Shown here piece by piece: positions 36,940 to 50,050 of a stretch of DNA of 64,000 bases. Location of the stretch: NCBI GenBank assembly GCA_964016885.1, contig OZ024759.1:19406001-19470000 (forward strand), given 5' to 3'. Within the stretch, counting starts at the first letter, position 1. Each line of letters opens with the position of its first letter. Source of the stretch: Eledone cirrhosa (lineage: Eukaryota). Position numbers and translations under genes: made by a program. The notes below the pieces were generated by a model. The model had not been told where the DNA came from and ran no database searches. It worked only from the letters and a program-made list of their open reading frames with translations.

Positions 36940-38699
36940 GTACCTATGCGAGCAAGACAACGAATCTTGCCTCAAGTGAGAAAACTCCCGTCCAAACCCA
37001 TGCGAGCGTGGAACATGGACGTTAAACGATGATGGTGATGATGATGAGTACCTCTCGATGACAGAGGACCGAAATCTCTGGTGTTAAGTTGTAAATACAG
37101 AAGACCTGCCTTCCCATGGACACGGGCTGAAGCTGAAGCATATATATATAGTATGCACAACCTCCACCCTTCCATACATCTCCCATGAGGACAGGCTTAA
37201 GCACACATTTAGTGAAGCCTCCAAACTACATTGCAAAGTGGTCATGTGGATGTCACAACAAAAGGCACCCAGTACTCACTGTAAATGGTGTTAGGAAGAG
37301 TATCCAACTGTAGAAATCAAGACAAAATCAGTTCTGTATGAGCAAGACAGACACTGTGCTGTAGGATGTATTGTTTACACCAAACAAACAAGCATCACTG
37401 GTTGCTTTAAGTATTGTCAGTAAATTGCCCCCATACACACACATGTGGCAAGATACTGATTGGCCTAACGATATTTATTGTAGAAGAGAAAACTATGATT
37501 CTGAAGCGATGTTTCATCTGGCAACAAATATTTTTATAAATTATTTCTTCTTCTTCGCCCACTTATTCCTGTGAGAGTTTGGTAGGGCAGAGTCCTCAAC
37601 ACTACCGCCAGCGGATCCTATCAGAAAGTGCTCCTAGTTCAAGTGTTGTCCATGGCACAAGCCATGCTTGCCATACTCTAGTGCCTCTGTATGTATGCCA
37701 AATGATGAAAATGTATCAAAGGGTAAGACACTTGGAAACCTGTACAATCAGCCTGGGCCAGTTTAAGTTCTTTTGAGCCTCTAAACACTTAAAATACTAT
37801 GATGTCCTACCCTCATTATAACCAGCACCATATTAAATCTTCAAATAGTTGTTTAATTTCAAAATTATTTGAAGATTATATGCAGTATTTTTCATGAGAA
37901 ATATGACAATGAAAGGATTGAAGTGTTCATCTTCTTCGCCCACTTATTCACGAGAAGAGGGTTGTGTAGGCAGTCCTCAAACACTCCCCCCAGTGGGTCC
38001 TGTCAGAAGCAACCGTCTCCAACTGATCCAGCTGGATCCCCAAGCGAGACCAGCCAGGCTCATGGATGTTATCCAATTATCTTGCTCAGAGTCTACTCCT
38101 GGGTCTCCTGCCGGTTAGTTTCGTCCATAAAATCTGTCCAGCAATTCTTTCCTGAGACATTCTACCAACATGCCCATAGCATCGCAGCTGTGATCTCTCA
38201 ATTTGGTGAAGTAGCGGCTCTACCTAGAGTGACTTTCTGATCTTTGAGCTACACACTATCGAGTAACATTACTCCAAAGACCCTCTTTCTATTCAAACCG
38301 GCCATAACCGGCTGCTCATACTTATGTCAAGGTATTGTTCTCAAATTAAATATCAAAATTATTTCTTATAGATCAGATTTTGTATTGAAAATTAAAAAAA
38401 CAAAAAATCTTAACCCTTTTGACTCCAACCTCTCAAAACTGCCCCTGTTTCTATTATATATTTTGTGTGTTTGTTGTAACTTAATGAATTGATGAAAAGA
38501 GATTGATAAAAAGTACCAGATTTGAAATAGAGAACAAAAATAAGATTACTGTTGTTGAAATGATCAACTAAATGAAAGCAAAGCCCCAGCATGGCTGAAT
38601 CTACTGACTTAAGCAAGTAAAAGAATAATTTGAGTATAAGAAAAATCTGTAACCTGAATTTCAGAGCTAATGTACCTTCATAACAAGGGAGACGAAAGA

Positions 38700-39540
38700 G
38701 GAGAGAGAGAATGATATCAACTATTCCTAGCCAAAAATAAACAACTATATTTAGCTTTTGTTGATCTAGAGAAGGCCTTTGACAGAGTACCCCGATCTAT
38801 TATCTGGTTGTCCTTAACCTTGTCGCATTTAAACCGGCCGTATCTGACCAGAATTCTCTCACCTCTTTCTTTTCAAACCAGCCATAACTGGCTGTTCTAC
38901 TTATGTCAAGGTATTGTTCTCAAAATAAATAGGAAAATCTCATAGATTCAATATTATGTGAGATAATTATGTGAAATAAAGTGTTTACCATGAAAATATA
39001 ACAGTAAATATAGAGTAATGTAAATGTTAAAGGGTTAAACCAGCCGTATCTGGCCAGTTATGGAAATAGGTGTAGAAGAATGGCTTGTGAGAGTAGGAAA
39101 TAAGTTTAGCGAGGAATTCAAGGTACAGGTAGTTCATCAAGGTTCAGTTCTTAGTCCACTGTTGTTCATCATAGTTCTTCAAGCCATAACAGAGGAGTTT
39201 AAAACAGGCTGCCCATGGGAGCTTCTCTATACAGAAGATTTGGTCCTCATAGCTGAGACCCCAAAAGAACTACAAAATAAATTCCGATTATGGAAATTGA
39301 ATTTGGAATCAAAAGTCCTGAGAGGAAACTTAGCCAAAACTAAGTGGTGGTGAGTAGGAGAGAAAACAGGGCGTAGATTGCCTCAGGAAGTATCCATGCT
39401 CATTATACAGAAAAGGGGTAGGCATAAACTCAATACGATATACACAATGTAAATCTTGGGTACACAAAAGATATAGGGGGGTATAAAATAGACTAACAGG
39501 ATGGGAGAATTTGCATGTAGAAGATACACAGAAGAAATTG
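38700..39540 (+). mobile_element. RTE-clade reverse transcriptase fragment split by a piggyBac-like MITE
   Basis: LYLAFVDLEKAFDRVPR ... VHQGSVLSPLLFIIV...PWELLYTEDLVL (YADD decayed). Confidence 0.85.
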
Positions 39541-40475
39541 AGGAGGAGACTGCTGATTATATAAACCTTTTCTAGTCACTGAATAGATGATAGCAAAATA
39601 GTCAGGACCCCTACGGCTGAGCTCCAGCTGTTTCGACAGCTTGATCCGAACTAAGTATCGAGTACTCCGGTGCGTTATGGTCCACCTGGTTTCTTACCAC
39701 ACCTTTGTTATATATATATGTATATATATTAGTGAAGGCATGTGGCTGAGTGGTTAGAGAATTGGATTCGCAATCGTAAGGTTGTGAGTTCGATTCCTGG
39801 ACCAGGCGATGCGTTATGTCCTTGAGCAAGACACTTTATTTCACGTTGCTCCTTCTACCTGGAGTTGCGACCGATAGATAGTATTAGCAATTGGAAAGAC
39901 CAACGGAAACATTGTTCCCTCGGTCCCATTTGACGAAAAGTCGATCGTTCCTTTATATATATGAAAGAGAGTCTGGTCATGATGGCTGAGCTCTTTCCAT
40001 TTCAATAGCTAATTCCAAACTCTATTAGTCTAACTATTGAATACTCGACTGAATAATGGGTTTTTTTTTTCAGTTTAAAGCTGGTAAAATCCTGATCTAG
40101 ATATATATATGTCTAACCCATGCTAGCGTGGAAGATGGACGTTAAATGATGATGATATTTTCTGTCATTTCATTTTTACGTCTGCTTTTTCCCTGCTTGC
40201 AAGGATGGGACGGGAACTGATTCTGGCTTGATTTCTACAGCTGGATGCCCTTCCTCATTTACAGTGAGTGCTGGGTGCTTTTTTAACGTGGCACCTCCAC
40301 GACCACTTTGCAGTGGAATGATAGGGACCCCAGTCCTATCATCTCATTTCTACAGCTGAGTAAACTGGAGCAATGTGAAATAAAGTGTCTTGCTCAAGGA
40401 AACAACACATCACCCGGTCTGAGAATTGAACTGACAACCTTTCGATTGCAAGGCCAATGCTCTAACCACTAAGCC

Positions 40476-40476
<1 letters not shown>

Positions 40477-40518
<42 letters not shown>

Positions 40519-40721
40519 GTTGTGTTTGAAAAATATGGTTTACTCTACTTTACACACTGGGTTATTCACTTAATGTTTGACTGTCTTTGGATGGTTATAC
40601 ATAAAACACATCTATTGTTATATAGAAACGTTTGTGAGTGTGTATGTATGCATATGTGTGTGTGTGTGTGTATATATATGTGTGTATATATATATATATA
40701 CACACATTCTCTCTCTTTTTC

Positions 40722-40767
<46 letters not shown>

Positions 40768-40838
40768 TGTATACACATGTATATGCATTTATCTATGTAT
40801 AAGTGAATATAGATATATAATTCGCATAAGTTCTTTAA

Positions 40839-40892
<54 letters not shown>

Positions 40893-41579
40893 CCTGTATG
40901 TATGTATGTATATATATATTATATATATTTGTGTATGTATGTATATGGATGGATATTTATGTGTATATGTATGTGTATATATGTATACACAGACAATATG
41001 TAGCTAAGTATATGTAATCTGCATATGAATAGATTATACTTATATATACATACACATATATATACATATATATTTATACATAGATGTACATATATATACA
41101 TACACACACATATATATATATATATATACACATGAAAGAGAGAGAGATGGAAAGGAATGAAATGAAAGATTCTTAAACAGCTGCTTACACACACACACAC
41201 ACGTACACACATAGACACACACACTCACATGCACACACACATAGACACACACACATGCACACACATAGATACGCACATACAAATATAGACACAATACACA
41301 TGCACACACACACGTGCGCAGAGACACGCGCACATGCGCTAACACATACGCTCACGCACGCGCACATGCACCCACACGCTCACATACCCACACGCTCACA
41401 TACCCACACGCTCACATACACACACGCACACATACACACGCACACACGCACACACGCACACATGCACACATACACACACACACACATACACTCACTCACA
41501 CACATTCTCATAAACAAATATAGACACACATGGATGTATATGCACATATATATATATATATAGACAGACACACACACAC

Positions 41580-41610
<31 letters not shown>

Positions 41611-41661
41611 TATATATGTATATAGACAGACACACACACACATATATATATATATAGACAG

Positions 41662-41692
<31 letters not shown>

Positions 41693-41730
41693 CACACACA
41701 CATATATATACACACACTCACACATTCTCT

Positions 41731-41764
<34 letters not shown>

Positions 41765-41974
41765 CAGAGCAACACTATGCACACACACACATATATATAT
41801 ATACATACATATACAGACACAGACACACACATTCTCACACACACACACACACACACTCACAGAGAGAGAGCAACACTATGCACACACACATATATATATA
41901 TATATATATACACAGACATACACACTCACACACATTCTCTCATACACACACAAACACAAAGAGAGCAACACTAT

Positions 41975-42022
<48 letters not shown>

Positions 42023-42649
42023 ACACATATATATATATATATATATATACATACAGACACACACTCACAGAGACAGAGAGAGAGAGAGTGAGCTAGAAAG
42101 AGAGAGCTAGAGAGATAGAGCTAGAGAGAGCTAGAGAGAGCTAGAGAGAGAGGGCTAGAAAGAGAGAGATAGAGCTAGAGAGAGCTAGAGAGAGCTAGAG
42201 AGAGAGGGCTAGAAAGATAGAGCTAGAGAGATAGAGCTAGAGAGAGAGAGCTAGAGAGAGAGAGAGCTAGAGAGAGAGAGCTAGAGAGAGAGCTAGAGAG
42301 ATAGAGCTAGAGAGAGCTAGAGAGATAGAGCTAGAGAGAGCTAGAAAGAGAGAGAGAGCTAGAGAGAGAGAGCTAGAGAGAGAGAGCTAGAGAGAGAGCT
42401 AGAGAGAGAGAGCTAGAGAGATAGAGCTAGAGAGAGCTAGAAAGAGAGAGAGAGAGCTAGAAAGAGAGAGAGCTAGAGAGCACCAGTGTAAATATCTGCA
42501 TATGTGTTAATATGTGCAGTGGTGCATGTCTGTGTGTTGACCATACAACATGTCTCTGCTGTCATTAACACAACACAGCCTGCAGGTAGATTTATATAAT
42601 ATTTCAATAAAACCTATCTCTCGCTTCTCTGAACATTTTTCTGCATTGT

Positions 42650-42685
<36 letters not shown>

Positions 42686-43510
42686 TAATGGTGGTGGTGG
42701 TGGTGGTGGTAATGGTGGTGGTGGTGGTGTTGGTGGTGGTAATGGTGGTGGTGGTGGTGGTGGTAATGGTGGTGGTGGTGGTGTTGGTGGTGGTAATGGT
42801 GGTGGTTGTGGTGGTAATGGTGGTGGTGGTGGTGGTTGTAATGGTGGTGGTGGTGGTAATGGTGGTGTTGGTGGTGGTAATGGTGGTGGTGGTTGTGGTA
42901 ATGGTGGTGGTGGTGGTGGTTGTGGTGGTTGTGGTGTTGGTGGTTGTGGTGTTGGTGGTTGTGGTGGTGGTGGTTGTAATGGTGGTGGTGGTGGTAATGG
43001 TGGTGGTGGTGGTGTTGGTGGTGGTAATGGTGGTGGTTGTGGTGGTAATGGTGGTGGTGGTTGTAATGGTGGTGTTGGTGGTGGTAATGGTGGTGGTGGT
43101 TGTGGTAATGGTGGTGGTGGTGGTGGTTGTGGTGGTTGTGGTGTTGGTGGTTGTAATGGTGGTGTTGGTGGTTGTGGTGTTGGTGGTTGTGGTGGTGGTG
43201 TTGGTGGTGGTAATGCTGGTGGTGGTTGTGGTAATGGTGGTGGTGGTGGTAATGGTGGTTGTGGTAATGGTGTTGGCTGTGGTGTTCATTGTGGTGATGG
43301 TGGTGGTAATAGTGGTGGTTGTGGTGTTGGTGGTGGTAATGGTGGTGGTGGTTGTGGTGGTGGTAATGGTGGTGGTGTTGGTGGTGGTGGTGGTAATAGT
43401 GGTGGTGGTGTTGGTGGTGGTTGTGGTGGTGGTGGTAATGGTGGTGATGGTAATGGTGGTGGTGGTGGTGGTGGTAATGGTGGTGATGGTAATGGTGGTG
43501 GTGGTGGTGT
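40477..43510. repeat. Compound microsatellite zone: (GT/AT), (CA), (GAGAGCTA)n, (GGT)n
   Basis: direct inspection. Confidence 0.92.
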
Positions 43511-43577
43511 TGAATATTTACAGTGTGGAACTGGATGGCTCCGTTAGGAGGAGCGACTGGCCAGTTGGCTGCGCTGA

Positions 43578-45205
43578 ACCCATCTCACAACAGAACCACA
43601 GTTTAGGAGTCTGACCCATCTCACAACAGAACCACAGTTTAGGAGTCCGACCCATCTCACAACAGAACCACAGTTTTTGGAGTCCGACCCATCTCACAAC
43701 AGAACCACAGTTTTGGAGTCTGACCCATCTCACAACAGAACCACAGTTTAGGAGTCCGACCCATCTCACAACAGAACCACAGTTTTGGAGTCTGACCCAT
43801 CTCACAACAGAACCACAGTTTTGGAGTCTGACCCATCTCACAACAGAACCACAGTTTTTGGAGTCCGACCCATCTCACAACAGAACCACAGTTTTGGAGT
43901 CTGACCCATCTCACAACAGAACCACAGTTTAGGAGTCTGACCCATCTCACAACAGAACCACAGTTTAGGAGTCCGACCCATCTCACAACAGAACCACAGT
44001 TTTGGAGTCTGACCCATCTCACAACAGAACCACAGTTTTGGAGTCTGACCCATCTCACAACAGAACCACAGTTTTTGGAGTCCGACCCATCTCACAACAG
44101 AACCACAGTTTTTGGAGTCCGACCCATCTCACAACAGAACCACAATTTTGGAGTCCGACCCATCTCACAACGGAACCATAGTTTAGGAGTCCGACCCATC
44201 TCACAACAGAACCACAGTTTTGGAGTCTGACCCATCTCACAACAGAACCACAGTTTTTGGAGTCCGACCCATCTCACAACAGAACCACAGTTTTTGGAGT
44301 CCGACCCATCTCACAACAGAACCACAATTTTGGAGTCCGACCCATCTCACAACGGAACCATAGTTTAGGAGTCTGACCCATCTCACAACAGAACCACAGT
44401 TTTGGAGTCTGACCCATCTCACAACAGAACCACAGTTTTGGAGTCTGACCCATCTCACAACAGAACCACAGTTTTGGAGTCTGACCCATCTCACAACAGA
44501 ACCACAGTTTTTGGAGTCCGACCCATCTCACAACGGAACCATAGTTTAGGAGTCTGACCCATCTCACAACAGAACCACAGTTTTGGAGTCCGACCCATCT
44601 CACAACAGAACCACAGTTTTTGGAGTCCGACCCATCTCACAACAGAACCACAGTTTTGGAGTCTGACCCATCTCACAACAGAACCACAGTTTTGGAGTCC
44701 GACCCATCTCACAACAGAACCACAGTTTTTGGAGTCCGACCCATCTCACAACAGAACCACAATTTTGGAGTCCGACCCATCTCACAACGGAACCATAGTT
44801 TAGGAGTCCGACCCATCTCACAACGGAACCATAGTTTAGGAGTCCGACCCATCTCACAACGGAACCATAGTTTTGGAGTCCGACCCATCTCACAACAGAA
44901 CCACAGTTTTTGGAGTCCGACCCATCTCACAACAGAACCACAGTTTTGGAGTCCGACCCATCTCACAACAGAACCACAGTTTAGGAGTCTGACCCATCTC
45001 ACAACAGAACCACAGTTTTTGGAGTCCGACCCATCTCACAACGGAACCATAGTTTAGGAGTCTGACCCATCTCACAACAGAACCACAGTTTTTGGAGTCC
45101 GACCCATCTCACAACAGAAAGACAGTTTTTGGAGTCCGACCCATCTCACAACAGAACCACAGTTTTGGTGTCCGACCCATCTCACAACGGAGCCATAGTT
45201 TAGGA
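43578..45205. repeat. 36/37-bp minisatellite (~45 copies)
   Basis: GGAGTCYGACCCATCTCACAACAGAACCACAGTTTT. Confidence 0.97.
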
Positions 45206-45725
45206 GCCCGGTACTTGATGACACAGATGCGAGGAACCGGACCCATTTCTGAGCATAGCCATCATTTTGGGGCCTAGTATTGGATGAGGAGGGACAGTTT
45301 GGGAACCTGTATATACCATCATTATCACCGTTTTATGTCCATTTTCTACGCTAGCATGGGTTAGACGAGTTGTCCCATTGTGGTCTATGGCAGGTCAGGT
45401 GACCTTGTCTTTCTCATACAGAACTGATCTTGGCTTCGTTTCTACAGCTGGATGCCCTTCCTAACATCATCCTCATTTACAGTGAGTATTGGGTACTTTT
45501 TGTTGTGACGCCTACACGACCACTATATATATATATATATATATATATATTTAATCTGTTATTTTAATAAATATATATATATATTTAATCTGTTATTTTA
45601 ATAAATAAATATATATATATATATATTTATTAAATAACAGATTAAAGTCTAAGCAAAGAATCGCTGCTTTCACCCTTAATGGGATTTTCTTTGGATTTTA
45701 GTCTTCACATATATTATTATTATTA

Positions 45726-45918
45726 GGGCGGTGGATTGGCAGTATCAGTAGAGGGTCTGACGCCATGCTTTGCAGCAAAGAGTTACGGCCCTTTATGGTC
45801 TGAGTTCAAATCCCGCCGAGGTTAATTTTGTCTTTCATCCTTACGGGGTCGATAAAATAAAGTACCAGTAATGCACTGGGTAATTGCTGGCCTTTTGCCA
45901 AAAGTAGAAACAATTATT
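45726..45918 (+). mobile_element. tRNA-derived SINE family A (~190 bp); at least 15 copies, e.g. 9764-9946(-), 12067-12253(-), 18985-19163(-), 29003-29190(+), 32288-32472(+), 32836-33223(+, two), 47968-48149(-), 59422-59610(+), 61832-62023(-), 63444-63930(-, two)
   Basis: A box TGGCAGTATCRG, B box GAGTTCAAATCC, centre GYCTTTCATCCTTACGGGGTCGATAAAATAAAGTACCAG, (ATT)n tail. Confidence 0.9.
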
Positions 45919-45920
45919 AT

Positions 45921-45958
<38 letters not shown>

Positions 45959-46257
45959 TGAAACAAAATGAAAACGAAATTTCATTTCTCACTCTTAGTA
46001 TGGCACTTACTTAAATGTAAGTATGCATGTATACGTACATACATATATGTATACAGACGTACAGTAGCATGCACATATATATATATATATATACATATAT
46101 ATATACATATGCATACAGGTACACATACATATATGCACGTATCAGTTTAGCGGCACTAACGTCGCTTTGTTCGTTTGTAAACAAACTGAACAGCCTGAAT
46201 TTATGCCATACGGTGTTAAGGCAACCACGTCACCTTTTTGTTCAACACTGACACAGG

Positions 46258-46302
46258 AACGATGTACTAGTTTCAAGCTTGTTAGCTATCATCAGCACCG
46301 TT
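46258..46302 (-). ncRNA. Minimal type-I hammerhead ribozyme motif (intact)
   Basis: Identical tandem copy 468 bp from 46726-46770. Confidence 0.85.
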
Positions 46303-46725
46303 TACCCATCTGCCAGATAGTTGAACGTTCGAAAGTATATACTTTCCTTATGAAAATTAACGGCTGAGCAGCCTAATTTGCATATTGAGTGAGTTAAATC
46401 GGTCAGGCATACCGAAAACGATAAATTGAAACAAAATGAAAACGAAATTTCATTTCTCACTCTTAGTATGGCACTTACTTAAATGTAAGTATGCATGTAT
46501 ACGTACATACATATATGTATACAGACGTACAGTAGCATGCACATATATATATATATATATACATATATATATACATATGCATACAGGTACACATACATAT
46601 ATGCACGTATCAGTTTAGCGGCGCTAACGTCGCTTTGTTCGTTTGTAAACAAACTGAACAGCCTGAATTTATGCCATACGGTGTTAAGGCAACCACGTCA
46701 CCTTTTTGTTCAACACTGACACAGG

Positions 46726-46770
46726 AACGATGTACTAGTTTCAAGCTTGTTAGCTATCATCAGCACCGTT
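46726..46770 (-). ncRNA. Minimal type-I hammerhead ribozyme motif (intact)
   Basis: Exact reverse complement of 46848-46892. Confidence 0.85.
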
Positions 46771-46847
46771 TACCCATCTGCCAGATAGTTGAACGTTCGA
46801 AAGTATATACTTTCCTTTCGAACGTTCAACTATCTGGCAGATGGGTA

Positions 46848-46892
46848 AACGGTGCTGATGATAGCTAACAAGCTTGAAACTAGTACATCGTT
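46848..46892 (+). ncRNA. Minimal type-I hammerhead ribozyme motif (intact)
   Basis: AACGGTG-CTGATGA-TAGCT AACA AGCTT-GAAA-CTAG-TA-CATCGTT; 7-bp stem I, GUA cleavage triplet. Confidence 0.85.
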
Positions 46893-47133
46893 CCTGTGTC
46901 AGTGTTGAACAAAAAGGTGACGTGGTTGCCTTAACACCGTATGGCATAAATTCAGGCTGTTCAGTTTGTTTACAAACGAACAAAGCGACGTTAGCGCCGC
47001 TAAACTGATACGTGCATATATGTATGTGTACCTGTATGCATATGTATATATATATGTATATATATATATATATATGTGCATGCTACTGTACGTCTGTATA
47101 CATATATGTATGTACGTATACATGCATACTTAC

Positions 47134-47174
<41 letters not shown>

Positions 47175-47473
47175 GAGCTCCAACACAAAGTTCTAATTGT
47201 TGCTAGGCTGGCAACCGCTCTATATGTAAATGAATTTAAACAATTCATAAACATAATTGTTATTCTTTAAGAATCCATCTTCTACAGCTCACAGCAAAAA
47301 CAGAAGTGATAACTGCTAAACAGTGAGAAACGATCGTCGGTTATTTCCCTTTGTTTGTGCTGAAGCTAGTCATGTGACTATAGTCACTACATTAAATACA
47401 CAGCGAAAGGCCTTCAAAATGTTTTTACTTAAACATACAGTATATTATTAAATATACAATGTGTGTGTGTGTG

Positions 47474-47526
<53 letters not shown>

Positions 47527-47528
<2 letters not shown>

Positions 47529-47950
47529 AGGGCGGGTAAAATTCCCAAGATCCATGGACGAGTTCTCTCCAACAGTCTCTGTCCCTCATTATCGCTGCCA
47601 TGCTCTGCGTCTCCAACAGACCAGTGTCTGTCCTTAGGGCATCAACATACGTTAACCTTGGTCTTCCTCTTCCAGTGTGTCCATGTAGGGGCTCCCACAG
47701 GAGCACTGAGTGCAATGTCAACTCTGGATGTCAGTGAGCATGTCCAGCTAACCTCAGTCTCCTCTGTATCACTTTTGAGCTGACTTTTGGGAGGCTCCCA
47801 TACAGCTCTGAGTTTTTCATCCTCAGTGTATACTGATTAATGTTCAGAGCCATCCTCAGCATTCTCGTGTAGCACCCATCTACCATGTGAGTGAGTTTCT
47901 TGGTCAGCGTCCAAGTCTCAGACCCGTACAGCAGCACAGACTCCCCTCCA
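47527..47950 (-). mobile_element. RTE-clade LINE 3' fragment
   Basis: ESVLLYGSETWTLTK...DGCYTRMLRMALN...RRLRLAGH...LLWEP.HG...RGRP. Confidence 0.85.
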
Positions 47951-48255
47951 TATCTATATATGCATATAACTGTTTCTACTTTTGGTACAAGGCCATCAAT
48001 TACCCAGTACATTACTGGTACTTTATTTTATCGACTCCGTAAGGATGAAAGGCAAAGTTAACCTCGGCGGGATTTGAACTCAGATTGCAAAGGGATGTAA
48101 CTATGCTGGAAAGCATGGCGTCCAACCCTCTACCGATACTGCCAATCCATACATATAACAGCGATGAATTAGTTTTGCAAGGTTTTTGATATGAAATCGT
48201 GTGTCGAAACAAATATTGTTATACATATATACATATACATATATACTTATATACA

Positions 48256-48310
<55 letters not shown>

Positions 48311-48340
48311 TTATATATACATATACATATATATATAATT

Positions 48341-48375
<35 letters not shown>

Positions 48376-49029
48376 AATATATATATACATATGTTTATAT
48401 ATATACATATATATATATTCCGACCTCACACACTTACACCTCTCCAAGACAATGTCACTGGACCGAGACCTTTGGCGGTACTCAGTAACAGAGAAGACCC
48501 GCCTTACCTAAATATATAGTAAAACCTACTCCAGCCAGTAGGCATCTCTAACAAAATACCCCCCCCCCCCCCCCCCCACCCCCACCCCATCCACACCACC
48601 CCGTCCTATGTAAAGTTATGTTGGTGCCGCGCCATCCAGGCCGAAACAAATGAGATCGTGTAGGTGTCACGACAAAAAAACACACAGTCCACGCTGTAAT
48701 GTGGCCGTGTAGGCAACACGGTAAAAACCTCCCAGACCCACACTGTAAATGTGGTTGGTGTTAGGAAGGGCATCCAACTGTAGAAAACCTGCCAGACAGT
48801 CCTATGCGAGCAAGACAATCAAGTGGGACTACCCCCGTCCAAACCCATGCAAGCGTGGAACACGGATGTTAAACGTTGATGATGATGATGATATATATAT
48901 ATATATGGTGGCTGCCAACTCGTTTTCGAGTACGGCCACTACTTTATATCCATGTAGGAGAACCCCTACCGATGCGCTGAACGAGTGTGACTTTTTAGTC
49001 CAGCCAGCGACTTGAAAACTCTGGTACAA

Positions 49030-49510
49030 ACACTACACTTGTGACAATTACTGACACATAGTGCTGGGCCCATGGTACCATGTGACGACAAGTGCAGAGA
49101 GATCTCCAGATATAAAGCAATGCCTGTGCCGTGAAGCTTTTATAGTGAGCAAAGGCACTGCACAAAGCCAGTCCCACTCTCTTAACCAAGATGATATTTA
49201 CCAAAAAGAAGAACAAGTCAACATCATTGGATACCATCAGGGTTGCAGGTTGCATCAGGGTTCCTTCTCCTAGAATTCTGCCTTGACAAAGGCTAAGGGG
49301 TCATCTCTCCCGGTGATTTTGGATGGCCATTGACTCTTAAGAGCTCCTTTGCCCTTTGACAGGTTTTGTTTTTAGTCCTGCAGGATGTCCAAAGTCACCC
49401 TCCTCACCAAGAAACCTTGGTGGGGTTGCCAGTTTAGTCGCCAACGACCCGACCATGGGACAGGTTGTACTGGGATACATGTTACCAGTAGCACCAACTG
49501 GTGACCTGAC
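49030..49510 (-). mobile_element. Probable RTE LINE 5' region
   Basis: non-microsatellite segment with TAAACTGGCAACCCC...AAAACAAAACC, resembling RTE 5' UTRs (recalled). Confidence 0.4.
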
Positions 49511-49517
49511 ATACATA

Positions 49518-49548
<31 letters not shown>

Positions 49549-49664
49549 TTAACTTTATTTTACAATACTCCAGAGTAACCAAACCAACCTGCGTACTTCG
49601 TCGAGTGCTCCAGCCTGCATACTGAGGTGTTGGTATACAACCAAAATAAACTCAAAATCTATAT

Positions 49665-49719
<55 letters not shown>

Positions 49720-49989
49720 GATTTTGAGTTTATGTTGGTTGTATACCAACACCTCAGTATGCAGGCTTAAATGTTGATTTAAAACTGCACTATCCACAAG
49801 GGTTTTTTAGCCTTCATATCATGTTCTCCTGTTTTATCTGATGAAAACACAAATATTATTGCAGGATGATGTTTGTTTTTGAAATGCGCATAATAAAATA
49901 CATGGAACTCCTTTAACCATCTTTTGATCTTATATATTATAAGCATATATATATATATATATAAACAAATATATATATATATATATATA

Positions 49990-50048
<59 letters not shown>

Positions 50049-50050
<2 letters not shown>

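Larger units (their letters stand above)
45953..47138. mobile_element. Penelope-pLTR/retrozyme-like element: 468-bp-period tandem repeat plus inverted copy
   Basis: 45953-46349 repeats at 46421-46817; 46480-47138 is a palindrome centred near 46809; three hammerheads; (TA)n on both flanks. Confidence 0.7.

Noticed and set aside
43578-45205. 36/37-bp repeats of CRISPR-like length and the many ORFs over them
   Set aside because: Head-to-tail units without spacers; ORFs are repeat translations.
45646-45705. Minus-strand CCC-ATTAA-GGG-T-GAAA with stem-III-like pairing
   Set aside because: CUGANGA core and stem I missing.
46377-46384. Octamer motif ATTTGCAT in the spacer of the 468-bp unit
   Set aside because: A single 8-mer in AT-rich DNA cannot support a regulatory call.
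47295-47350. GAAA-CGATCG-TC hammerhead-like 3' half (similar GAAA-CGTACG-TT at 27354)
   Set aside because: Upstream core is absent or too degenerate (GTGATAA).
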